Below, in pieces: positions 30,921 through 39,874 of a stretch of DNA of 64,000 nt (position 1 is its first letter; each line of letters begins with the position of its first letter). A program made the position numbers and the translations under genes. The notes under the pieces are model-generated. The model had not been told where the DNA came from. It saw only the letters and a list, made by a program, of their open reading frames with translations, and did not search any database. The DNA is from an uncultured Bdellovibrionales bacterium (GTDB lineage Bacteria; Bdellovibrionota_C; UBA2361; SZUA-149; DAOLCO01): positions 544-64,543 of the forward strand of contig CAYGUX010000013.1 of assembly GCA_964353175.1 (NCBI GenBank), written 5' to 3'.

Positions 30921-31733
30921 ATGTTGGACCTAAAAAATATATCTGAAAGTCTTTTTGAAGGGAGTCGAGCTTCGCTTAGAGAGAACAATACAAAAATTTG
31001 CTCTCTTAATCCTAAAGATTCAATAAAGGCGTGCAAGCTTTTATTAGAAGTTCTACTACCGGGGCGTTTTGGTTCTACAGATGAAACTGTAGCAGATAGT
31101 ATATTTCAAAATGTTACTAAAGCTCATCGATTACTAGAGAAACAATTGTGCTTGGTGTTACCAATAGAGACAGCATTGAATGTCTTGGAAGTTTTTTTTA
31201 ATCAACTAAACTACCTTAGACAAATGATCGAGGAGGATATACATGCCTCTTTTATTGGTGATCCCGCGGCAAAAGATCATTGTGAAGTGCTACTAGCCTA
31301 TCCAGGTCTTCTTGCAATTAGTTGCCATAGGTTGGCCCACTCACTCTATCAGTTAGAAGTCCCTTATATCCCAAGGATTCTAAATGAGTGGGCACATTCC
31401 AAAACAGGCATAGACATTCACCCAGGTGCTAAGATTGAAGCAGGAATATTTATCGATCATGGTACAGGAGTGGTTATTGGTCAAACTTGTAAGATCGGCA
31501 AGAATGTTAAAATATACCAAGGCGTAACGCTCGGCGCAAAAAGTTTTGAGTTAGATGAGAATGGCAATCCGATTAAAAACGTTCAACGACATCCTACGGT
31601 TGAAGATAATGTAGTAATTTATGCCAACGCTACTATATTAGGTGGCAAGACCATCATCGGTAAAGGGGCTGTGGTTGGAGGGAATGTGTTTATTACTAAG
31701 AGTGTTGAGGCGGGTAGTAAGGTTAGTTTGTAA
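30921..31733 (+). CDS. cysE: Serine O-acetyltransferase (EpsC/CysE type)
   Basis: GDPAA, YPG...HRLAH, TGIDIHPGA, IDHGTGVVIG and RHPT motifs. Confidence 0.95.
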   Translation: MLDLKNISESLFEGSRASLRENNTKICSLNPKDSIKACKLLLEVLLPGRFGSTDETVADSIFQNVTKAHRLLEKQLCLVLPIETALNVLEVFFNQLNYLRQMIEEDIHASFIGDPAAKDHCEVLLAYPGLLAISCHRLAHSLYQLEVPYIPRILNEWAHSKTGIDIHPGAKIEAGIFIDHGTGVVIGQTCKIGKNVKIYQGVTLGAKSFELDENGNPIKNVQRHPTVEDNVVIYANATILGGKTIIGKGAVVGGNVFITKSVEAGSKVSL

Positions 31734-31804
31734 TTGGATCATTTTGTAGATAGTAATTCTAAAACCCTTCGATGCGCTCTCCCTTTGGTCGAGCTTACTC
31801 AGGG

Positions 31805-31907
31805 TGGGTCCATTCGACTCTAGTTGTAGATTCACGAACTCTTAGATAGATAGAATGGCTTGCCATGAGCGAGCCGGAGCGTAGCGACGGCGAGTCGAAT
31901 GGACCCA
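31805..31907. repeat. 16-bp perfect inverted repeat duplicating the tRNA-Ala 3' end and trailer
   Basis: TGGGTCCATTCGACTC (31805-31820) versus GAGTCGAATGGACCCA (31892-31907). Confidence 0.85.
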
Positions 31908-31972
31908 AGCGGGATCGAACCGCTGACCTCCACAATGCCATTGTGGCGCTCTCCCAGCTGAGCTATGGGCCC
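31900..31972 (-). tRNA. tRNA-Ala (GGC), CCA not encoded
   Basis: Reverse complement GGGCCCATAGCTCAGCTGGGAGAGCG-CCACA-AT-GGC-AT-TGTGG...GGTTCGATCC...TGGGTCCA. Confidence 0.97.
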
Positions 31973-32032
31973 TTATATCGCTAGATATCTCTGGGTTTTT
32001 ACATTAAGCGCTGAAAAATTACAATCTTCTAC

Positions 32033-32764
32033 TTAAGATAGATAGCTTAAATACATAAAATATTCTTGATTACCACTTTTTCTCCCCTTTAATTGGGATG
32101 GCACACGACCTTCAACCTGACACCTTAGGTCAGTAAAAAATATTTCTAACTCATCCATTACCCTTATACTATCGCTTTCATCTTTTACTATCCCACCTTT
32201 TCCAATCTCCTTAGAAGAAAGCTCAAACTGAGGTTTAATTAAAAGTAACAATTTCGCACCACTTTCAATACAAGGCAAAATAAATGGAACTACCTTTTTT
32301 AAACTAATAAAACTAACATCTACGACGATAATATTCGGTTTAATTTCAAGTGCAATCTCAGAAAGATCTTTTACATGAGTTTTTTCAAAGCACTTAACTC
32401 TTGGATCAATTCTAAGTTTATGCACGAGTTGGTTCGTACCTACATCTACTGCATAGACAAGCCTAGCTCCTTTCTGAAGAAGACAATCTGTAAATCCTCC
32501 AGTTGAAGCACCCACATCTAGTCCAATAAGACCTTCGACTGATATTTTAAAATGATCTAAAGCACCTTCTAACTTATCCCCGCCTCTGCCCACATAGAGT
32601 GAGCCTTCGCCTTTTAGTCTTATTTCAGCATCTAATTTAATTTTGGTGCCAGCCTTTGTACAAGGCACATCATTGACGAGGACTTCTCCCGCCATGATAC
32701 GAGCTTGAGCTTTTTGTCTGGTTTCTACTAGGCCTAGCTCTACTAATAACTGATCTAATCGCAT
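32033..32764 (-). CDS. tlyA: TlyA family rRNA 2'-O-methyltransferase
   Basis: MRLDQLLV S4 domain; YVGRGGDKL, DVGASTGGFTD, DVSFISL and LIKPQFE motifs. Confidence 0.96.
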   Translation of the reverse strand: MRLDQLLVELGLVETRQKAQARIMAGEVLVNDVPCTKAGTKIKLDAEIRLKGEGSLYVGRGGDKLEGALDHFKISVEGLIGLDVGASTGGFTDCLLQKGARLVYAVDVGTNQLVHKLRIDPRVKCFEKTHVKDLSEIALEIKPNIIVVDVSFISLKKVVPFILPCIESGAKLLLLIKPQFELSSKEIGKGGIVKDESDSIRVMDELEIFFTDLRCQVEGRVPSQLKGRKSGNQEYFMYLSYLS

Positions 32765-32780
32765 TAAGAGCTAAAAAAAT

Positions 32781-34163
32781 TTAAGTATTTACTACTTCTT
32801 TCTTTGGCTCGCTACTAAAACGACTCCAAGTTTTAAGAAGCTTTAATGCTTCATCCAACTGCGAATCTAATTTTAATAATTCCTTTAAGTCCATGTCCAT
32901 TAAACTTCTAATAGTAATTGGCTTAATATCATCTTCGTCGATGTCTAAAGCTTCTTTTAGATCTCCATCCTTTGAGTTACTATCAGGATGACTCGGATTC
33001 TTAATAGCTCCAGGAAGATCCTTCTCTTTTATCTGTAAATACTCCCCTTCCTTCTTCTCTCCATCCTTAGTAAGAGGCTTTAACTCCACTTCGATATCAG
33101 GCTTAATCCCTTCAGCTTGAATCGACCTACCATTTTTAGTGTAGTACAAAGCTGTTGTAAGGCGTAAAGCATCACCACCTTCCATTGGAAGAACTGTCTG
33201 AACGCTACCTTTCCCAAAAGTCTGTTGGCCAAGGATTAAAGCTCTACCATGATCTTGCAAAGCTCCCGCTATAATCTCAGATGCTGAAGCGGAACCTTCA
33301 TTCACTAACAAAACGATTGGATATTCAGGTTCATTACCATCGTCATGCGCGAAGTATTTTTGCTTTTGACTCTCAAGCCTACCTTCTGTGTAAACTACGA
33401 CTCCATCTTTAAGAAATAGATCTGCAACTCTTATCGCTTGATTTAAAAGTCCACCAGGATTATTTCGAACATCAATCACTAAGCCCTTCATATTATTCCC
33501 ACCCAAACTTTCCAATGCCTTTTTAAATTCATCGGATGATCCGTCTTGAAACTGAGCTAGTCTTACATAACCATAACCTGGATCTAATATTCGAGACCTG
33601 ACGCTTCTTACTTTAATAATATCTCTAACAATACTTATCGGTATTAAGCCTTTAGTTCCTTTTCTTTGAACATATATTTTAACTGGCGAACCCTTAGGTC
33701 CTTTCATTCTTTTTACGGCATCTTCTAAGGAGAGATTTTTAGTAAACTCATCCTCTATTTTCATTATTTGGTCTCCAGCTTTAACCCCTGCTCTAAAAGC
33801 TGGCGAATCCTCTATAGGAGAAACTACAGTCAACAGACCATCCTTCATATTGATCTCAATTCCAAGACCACCAAATTCACCAGACGTCTCTTCTTTTAAA
33901 GATTTATAAGTTTGCGGATTTAAATAACTAGTATGAGGATCTAAGGTCATCAACATGCCTTTAATCGCGCCCTCGACAAGTTGCGTCATGTTTACACCTT
34001 CAACATAATTCTTCTCAACTAAAGTAATTACATTGGCAAATGTTTTAAGTATTTCATACTGATCGATATCATCAGCTTGAACGGCTTGAGCAATTCCAAC
34101 TGCCTTGGGTGCGAGTAATGCCAAGGATAACAGGGAGAATAATAAGAATTTCTTTTTAAACAT
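32781..34163 (-). CDS. ctpA: Carboxyl-terminal processing protease (S41, PDZ)
   Basis: LDPHT, GLGI PDZ motif, DVRNNPGG, SASASEI, TFGKGSVQ and GIKPD. Confidence 0.95.
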   Translation of the reverse strand: MFKKKFLLFSLLSLALLAPKAVGIAQAVQADDIDQYEILKTFANVITLVEKNYVEGVNMTQLVEGAIKGMLMTLDPHTSYLNPQTYKSLKEETSGEFGGLGIEINMKDGLLTVVSPIEDSPAFRAGVKAGDQIMKIEDEFTKNLSLEDAVKRMKGPKGSPVKIYVQRKGTKGLIPISIVRDIIKVRSVRSRILDPGYGYVRLAQFQDGSSDEFKKALESLGGNNMKGLVIDVRNNPGGLLNQAIRVADLFLKDGVVVYTEGRLESQKQKYFAHDDGNEPEYPIVLLVNEGSASASEIIAGALQDHGRALILGQQTFGKGSVQTVLPMEGGDALRLTTALYYTKNGRSIQAEGIKPDIEVELKPLTKDGEKKEGEYLQIKEKDLPGAIKNPSHPDSNSKDGDLKEALDIDEDDIKPITIRSLMDMDLKELLKLDSQLDEALKLLKTWSRFSSEPKKEVVNT

Positions 34164-34250
34164 GAATTATCTTTTAATATTTTATATAAACTTTTAGATT
34201 ACTTAATACAGAATAAGGTTTTATTATAGATGAATTTTTGGTGATTTTTT

Positions 34251-35111
34251 CTACTTTAACAAACAAACACCCAGAATACTCAAAGCCACACCTATCCACT
34301 GAGGAATCCTAAGATTCTCCTTATACGCATAGATTCCGAATATTGCTCCAACTATTGGTGAGCAACCAGCTATGCCCGTTACGATACTAGGGTTACCTAA
34401 TGAGAGGGCCTTATAAAAGCACAAAGACCCTACTAGTGCGAGGATGCCAGCCTTTACACCTATCTTTAAGGTCTTTACACTTATATTCCTTAGATTCTTA
34501 GTATAATAAGAATGTAAGCTCGCACTTATAAATGTACCAAGCTGGGCACAGAACACAAACGGAATAAATCCAAGTTTTTCATTAGGTAGCTGAACCAATG
34601 TAAAAAAGACTCCCCATAATAGGCACGCGCCAAGAGCGAGTAAGTTTGCCCTTCTATATATAATATTATCTAATGGAGTCTGATGCTTGGACTTAAGTGG
34701 TCTGAATAAGGATAGAACAAAAACTCCAGAAGTAGTCAAAATAACCCCAAGCCAGTTGAACGGAGTTAAGGGAACGCCCCAAAGAAAATATGAAAGGATA
34801 CATACAACCAATGGAAATGAATTTCCAATAGCAGTCACTATCCCAATTGGAGCTAGCACCATTGCCTGGCACAATAGAAAAAAGGGAATATATCCATAAC
34901 AACCGAGCAATACACTACAAACCATCCAATAAGGAGATAAACCTTGAATGCTACATAAAAAAGGAATAAATAAGAATAAAAGCATAAAAGCTTGTCTCAA
35001 CATGATTGCCCGAGGAGAGCCTACAGAAAGACTAGGCAGCTTCATAAACGCATTAGAAAGCCCCCATGAGGTAGCAGTGACTAGTGCTAAAAAAATATAA
35101 ATATTATCCAA
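34251..35111 (-). CDS. DMT/EamA family transporter
   Basis: About 10 TM segments in two repeats; YKENL..PQWIG C-terminal pattern. Confidence 0.85.
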   Translation of the reverse strand: MDNIYIFLALVTATSWGLSNAFMKLPSLSVGSPRAIMLRQAFMLLFLFIPFLCSIQGLSPYWMVCSVLLGCYGYIPFFLLCQAMVLAPIGIVTAIGNSFPLVVCILSYFLWGVPLTPFNWLGVILTTSGVFVLSLFRPLKSKHQTPLDNIIYRRANLLALGACLLWGVFFTLVQLPNEKLGFIPFVFCAQLGTFISASLHSYYTKNLRNISVKTLKIGVKAGILALVGSLCFYKALSLGNPSIVTGIAGCSPIVGAIFGIYAYKENLRIPQWIGVALSILGVCLLK

Positions 35112-35152
35112 TGTTTGTAGGCAAAAAATACGAGTAGAAAATCTTTATAGAT

Positions 35153-36253
35153 CTATTTAATATTACAATTTTGTATAAGTACTTCCCTAAACTTGCCTGT
35201 GGTCAAGTCAGTCTTCTCAATAGTAACAACTTCAAACAAACTAACTAGCTCGAACTGAGAATTACTTTTTTCTTCGTAATAAGATATCTGATGAGGTACA
35301 TAGGTGCCATTTTCTAAACTAAGCCAAGAATACTCTATTACTCCCTTTCGAGTCGTACCTTCTATTAAAAACTGAACTTGATATGGCAAGCCATTCTTCA
35401 CATCTATATGAGCTAGAGTTGAAGTTCTTGCATATAAAGATGAGATAGCCTTAAGATTGACTATTTGCATCTCCTTTAAAGTGTATTGCTCAGTAGTACG
35501 GCCTAAGAATTTTTTTTCAGATAATTCACTTAACTTAACTAAGGTACTTTCAGGAACTAATAATTCTTCGCTTTGAATACTGGTTAGACTAAACTGACTT
35601 TCAGGTTTTATGTTAAAAAATATATCGTCGAAAGATAGGCCTGACAGGAGGACTGGATCACCTCTACCTTCGGCTGGAATCTGCCGACATTTTTTAGTAA
35701 TTGGGCTCTGAATACTCAACATTGAATAATCATTACCTAAATCTCCTTGGACGAATAAATAGTCACCCAGACTAGAACCATTCGGTGGCAATATTTTTAG
35801 CGCTCCAATATTAGGTACATCTTCTGCTCCCTTCAAATACTGAAGCTGTCCTTTTAGAAGTTTCCCAGATTTCATTAGACTGATATCAATACCTAGCTCA
35901 AGGCTTACTTTAGGGGAAGAATTTGAATTTAACTCCTGAAGAACACTAACTTCAAGCATACTTGAAGAAGGTTGCCCCTTAACTTGCTCAGAACTTCTTT
36001 GGAATAAACCTTTTAAAAGACCTTCCTTAGTAAAGGACTTCGCCAAAGGTATCGATAATCTACCTTCTTTTACCTTATCTCTTTCTGCCAACCGTAATAA
36101 ATGAGAAAAAAATACATAGTTACCTTGATCTATCGTATTAATCTTAGCAGAAGTTTCCTGAGCTTGAACAATACCAAAACTACTTGCAGTCAATATAACA
36201 ACAGAAGAAAGTAAAAAGTACTTTCTTAATCTAAGATTAATACTCAGTTTCAA
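35153..36253 (-). CDS. Secreted protein, LolA-like/DUF1329-like
   Basis: Signal peptide; SPITKKCRQI...RGDPVLLSGLSFDDI resembles the P..RRVRRI...RSD...GSD.SYDD motif of this family. Confidence 0.5.
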   Translation of the reverse strand: MKLSINLRLRKYFLLSSVVILTASSFGIVQAQETSAKINTIDQGNYVFFSHLLRLAERDKVKEGRLSIPLAKSFTKEGLLKGLFQRSSEQVKGQPSSSMLEVSVLQELNSNSSPKVSLELGIDISLMKSGKLLKGQLQYLKGAEDVPNIGALKILPPNGSSLGDYLFVQGDLGNDYSMLSIQSPITKKCRQIPAEGRGDPVLLSGLSFDDIFFNIKPESQFSLTSIQSEELLVPESTLVKLSELSEKKFLGRTTEQYTLKEMQIVNLKAISSLYARTSTLAHIDVKNGLPYQVQFLIEGTTRKGVIEYSWLSLENGTYVPHQISYYEEKSNSQFELVSLFEVVTIEKTDLTTGKFREVLIQNCNIK

Positions 36254-36833
36254 AAGGTTTAGTCTCTATATCTTTTAGCTTCTTCATATGAGCTTTGAAT
36301 AATGCTTCAGGCCCATTATCTTCCAAAACTCTAGAACGAATCATGAGTGTTTCCTTGTCTTCAATAAATGCTCTAGGATCAGGAGGATAAATCTCTGGAT
36401 GTATGCCCGTATCCATTCTAATCGCATCGACTGGACAGGCCTCAACACAATAACCACAATAGATACAAAGTAGTGTGTCTATCTCGTATCTATTAGGAAA
36501 TTTCTCCACCTGAGGATCATCATGCTCGGAAGCCTCTATGTAAATACATTTGGCAGGACATGCAGTTGCACACAAGAAACAAGCCGTACATCTAGTAGAT
36601 CCATCTTGATTTAAAGTTAATCTATGCCTACCACGAAACCGATCGGCATAAGGCCGTGCCTCATCTGGATACTCATAGGTAGCCCAAGGCTTTGTATTCT
36701 TAAGGAAACCAAGAGTCCTAAGAAGAAAAATTGCAAAGTGTTTAATTAGATGTGTGGTGGTCTGAAAAACTCCCTTAATCACTTCAAATATATATAGCCT
36801 TTCAACTAAGGTAAGGCTTTCTCTTCTCTTCAT
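36237..36833 (-). CDS. nuoI: NADH-quinone oxidoreductase subunit I (2x[4Fe-4S])
   Basis: TYEYPDE, RFRGRHRL, CTACFLCATACP and CIYCGYCVEACP motifs. Confidence 0.93.
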   Translation of the reverse strand: MKRRESLTLVERLYIFEVIKGVFQTTTHLIKHFAIFLLRTLGFLKNTKPWATYEYPDEARPYADRFRGRHRLTLNQDGSTRCTACFLCATACPAKCIYIEASEHDDPQVEKFPNRYEIDTLLCIYCGYCVEACPVDAIRMDTGIHPEIYPPDPRAFIEDKETLMIRSRVLEDNGPEALFKAHMKKLKDIETKPFETEY

Positions 36834-37327
36834 CGATTCCCCTTTTTATTAATACAATGACATGGGTCTAAATAGACACGGCTCTAAATATCGTATTTAT
36901 CTTTGAGTAGCTAGCCTATTAATATTCCATACATAATTCATCGAGATAGATTTCCACTAGACTTTTTTAAGCGCCTGCTTTACAGTGCCGTCCATAAAAT
37001 AAAGTGTTTTGTTTATAAAGGTTCACTTTGGATTCAATGGAAGGTTAATACTTGATTAGTGCATAATTTTAGTGCGAGATATATTATCTGCCTGAACATG
37101 TTGGTATCAGGTAGTAAACTTTCATTCCTTTCACAGATTTACCTATAGCAAACATACCTCTTTCCTAATAAAGTGCTAGTTAATACAGTTTTCAAATTCA
37201 TTTTTGAAAACAATTTATTACTATACTATTATTAATAAAGATGGATTTTAATAGCTTCTAAGTGTAAGTGTTATGCTTAGAAAAATGATTTTTAACTATT
37301 ATATAATCAAGGTTACTTTTTATAATT

Positions 37328-37933
37328 ATGGTCCAAACAGTAGAAATATTTTACACCTTTCAGTGCCCATACTCTTACCTTGCTTTTGATCAACTCTCTC
37401 AATTAGAGCAAAAGTTTGATATAAAAGTGTTGTGGCAACCTTTCTCAACTAGAGCTGGCGCAAAGGGCTTTCAAGGTCCTTCTATTGCACCAGACAGAGC
37501 AAGTTATATTAGAGAAGACGTTGCTAGGCTTGCTAAGTCAGTTGAGCTTCCTCTTGTTATCAGCGAAGAATGGCCTGAAGAGGAATTCGATTCTGATAAG
37601 AGCATGAGAGGTGCGCTAGTAGCTTACGATCTAAATCTTGGACTTGAATACAACATCAAGATGTTTCAAAGATGGTGGGAAGAAGCTCAAGATCCAAACG
37701 AACAAAAGTTCTTTATTGAGCTTTGTGATGACTTAGATATTGATCCAAATGAATTCTCTGGCAGAATCAACGCTACAGATACTAGAGAAAGAATCAAAGG
37801 AATTCATAAGAGAGCTCGTAAACTTGGGATTTTTGATACTCCAACAATCCTAATTGAAGAAGAGAGATTCTCTGGGATCGACAGAATAAGTCATGCTGAG
37901 GCAAAACTTACTGAACTTGGTCTTAAGAAGTAA
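37328..37933 (+). CDS. DsbA/kappa-GST (HCCA isomerase) family protein
   Basis: FYTFQCPYSYLA, GIFDTPT and FSGIDRI motifs. Confidence 0.88.
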   Translation: MVQTVEIFYTFQCPYSYLAFDQLSQLEQKFDIKVLWQPFSTRAGAKGFQGPSIAPDRASYIREDVARLAKSVELPLVISEEWPEEEFDSDKSMRGALVAYDLNLGLEYNIKMFQRWWEEAQDPNEQKFFIELCDDLDIDPNEFSGRINATDTRERIKGIHKRARKLGIFDTPTILIEEERFSGIDRISHAEAKLTELGLKK

Positions 37934-37956
37934 TTACATCTAATTACGACGGCCGA

Positions 37957-38775
37957 ATGAAAAAAGGGAGAAAAAGAGCAGAAAGGCAGTTCCTCTGCTC
38001 TACTCCCGACAATTTCTTACACTTCCCACTAAACAAGAAGCTCGACTTAGGCCTACACCACGATACAATAGACAGTCCCTTTTTAATCGAGCTTACCGCA
38101 GAAGAACATAAGCATTTAAGTTTAGCCCTTCGTTTAAAAGTTGGAGACGAAGTTGCTTTATTTGATAAGGCTCAAGAAATAAAATTTCATGGCACTATAA
38201 AAAACATCTCAAAAGACGTCTCTACGATTGAAGTTACTTCGACTAGCTATCGAGTACAAGCCCACATAAGTGCAATAATTGGCATTACAGATTCAAAAAC
38301 TTTAGAATTTTTAGTTGAAAAATTAACAGAGCTGGGGATAAATCAAATTACCTTTTTCAAAGCCGAACATTCTAGTGCTCAAAGCACCTCCAAACCTCTA
38401 AAGATGGATAGACTATTAAAAATTAGAGATAGTGCCATTAAACAAAGTAGCGCCTACCTTACCACACAAATCAGACACACCCAAAATCTAACTGAGAGCT
38501 TAAATTCACTGACTAAGGACTCCTTAAAACTCGCCATGCTTCCACCCAATGGGGATGATTGGACCTCTCTCAACTACTTGTTAGAGCATAGCAAGAATGT
38601 TACTAAAATAGTCTTTGCGATAGGTCCTGAGGGAGGGTTTTCTGATTTGGAAGAAAGCAAGTTGCGGGATGCAGGATTCATCGCAAGTGGCCTGTCCACA
38701 AACACCTTGAGAGTGGATACAGCATGCTTAGTCACTGCTGGCTCCATCCTTCAATACATCAACACCTATCCTTAG
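37957..38775 (+). CDS. rsmE: 16S rRNA m3U1498 methyltransferase
   Basis: HL..ALRLKVGD, EKLTELG, IGPEGGFS and LRVDTA motifs. Confidence 0.92.
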   Translation: MKKGRKRAERQFLCSTPDNFLHFPLNKKLDLGLHHDTIDSPFLIELTAEEHKHLSLALRLKVGDEVALFDKAQEIKFHGTIKNISKDVSTIEVTSTSYRVQAHISAIIGITDSKTLEFLVEKLTELGINQITFFKAEHSSAQSTSKPLKMDRLLKIRDSAIKQSSAYLTTQIRHTQNLTESLNSLTKDSLKLAMLPPNGDDWTSLNYLLEHSKNVTKIVFAIGPEGGFSDLEESKLRDAGFIASGLSTNTLRVDTACLVTAGSILQYINTYP

Positions 38776-38782
38776 TGCGCAA

Positions 38783-39853
38783 ATGAAAGACCAAGATGAT
38801 CCTAAGGCTACTGAAAAAATAGATTCACTCGCACCAGAGTCAGAAGTTCAACGAATCTCTAAACTAATTTCAAGAATTAAAGAAAGCTCTGCCACTCAAA
38901 GCACCAGCCTAAATTCAACATCCGATACACCCAATAACAACATAGATAATACTGAAGAAAGAATACCTCAGACCCCTAGGGGAACGCATGTTAAGGCATC
39001 TACCCAAGATCAAAACGACTTATACACAAAGACGATATCAGACCTGGATATTTTAATCTCAAGTTACATCCCTAAGGGCGATATAGAAGGCCTGAAGTCA
39101 GACATCTTATCCGAGTTTGATAAGATTTTGCTTAGACAATCTGAAAGCGTGGATGCTGAAATAAACATATCAACTATTCTATCTAATTCAGATACTCAAA
39201 AGATTAATGATTTATTCTTACTTATTGAGACAGAATTATCATCTACCACCAAAAAATTTAAGGTAAAGGATATACCACTTTCCAAAACTAAAACCCTTCA
39301 TAAAGAAGAATTAGAAGAGATTTTTCAAGAACTAGGAGAAAAAGTAATCAAAGAATTTGAAAGCGAAAAAACTCACCATCACTCAGACCTAGAAATGGAC
39401 GAGATCCCTTTTGCTGGATTCTCTTATGTTTTTTTCCCATTTATTTTTGATACAATAATTTTTTCTCTTGTCTCTATATATTTCACCTCCCAATATACAA
39501 AAAACCCTATAGACCTAAATGATCCCCTTCCCTTCATTCTTTCAGAATACAAACCTATAGTAATCGCATTTTTTGCAACTTGGTTTCTCATTCAAGCCCT
39601 CTCACTTATATTGGTGCAAGCTACGTTCACTCAATCATTAGTACGTATTATAGTGGTAGATGATAACAACAGGAATCCAAGTATCCTAACCCTATTAAAA
39701 AGACTGAGCCTTCATTTCTTTAATTTCCTCACAATTGGCATATATTCATGTCTCATTGTTAAGTATATTCTTGGTAAAAATAAAAAAGGTATTTACTGCC
39801 CAATATCTAAAACCACTCTGAGCTTTAAAGGTTTTGCTAAAGATTCTAAATAG
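38783..39853 (+). CDS. Membrane protein with C-terminal RDD-like domain
   Basis: Charged N-terminus, then about 3 TM segments with FIFD...ATFTQSLVRIIVVD...LLKR pattern. Confidence 0.55.
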   Translation: MKDQDDPKATEKIDSLAPESEVQRISKLISRIKESSATQSTSLNSTSDTPNNNIDNTEERIPQTPRGTHVKASTQDQNDLYTKTISDLDILISSYIPKGDIEGLKSDILSEFDKILLRQSESVDAEINISTILSNSDTQKINDLFLLIETELSSTTKKFKVKDIPLSKTKTLHKEELEEIFQELGEKVIKEFESEKTHHHSDLEMDEIPFAGFSYVFFPFIFDTIIFSLVSIYFTSQYTKNPIDLNDPLPFILSEYKPIVIAFFATWFLIQALSLILVQATFTQSLVRIIVVDDNNRNPSILTLLKRLSLHFFNFLTIGIYSCLIVKYILGKNKKGIYCPISKTTLSFKGFAKDSK

Positions 39854-39874
39854 TTTCTATGGCAACCTATCTGG

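Noticed and set aside
36905-36920. GTAGCTAGCCTA in a core intergenic region (also AGTAGGTA near 10193)
   Set aside because: Short partial matches without the GTTARR lead-in or full core; plausible by chance.
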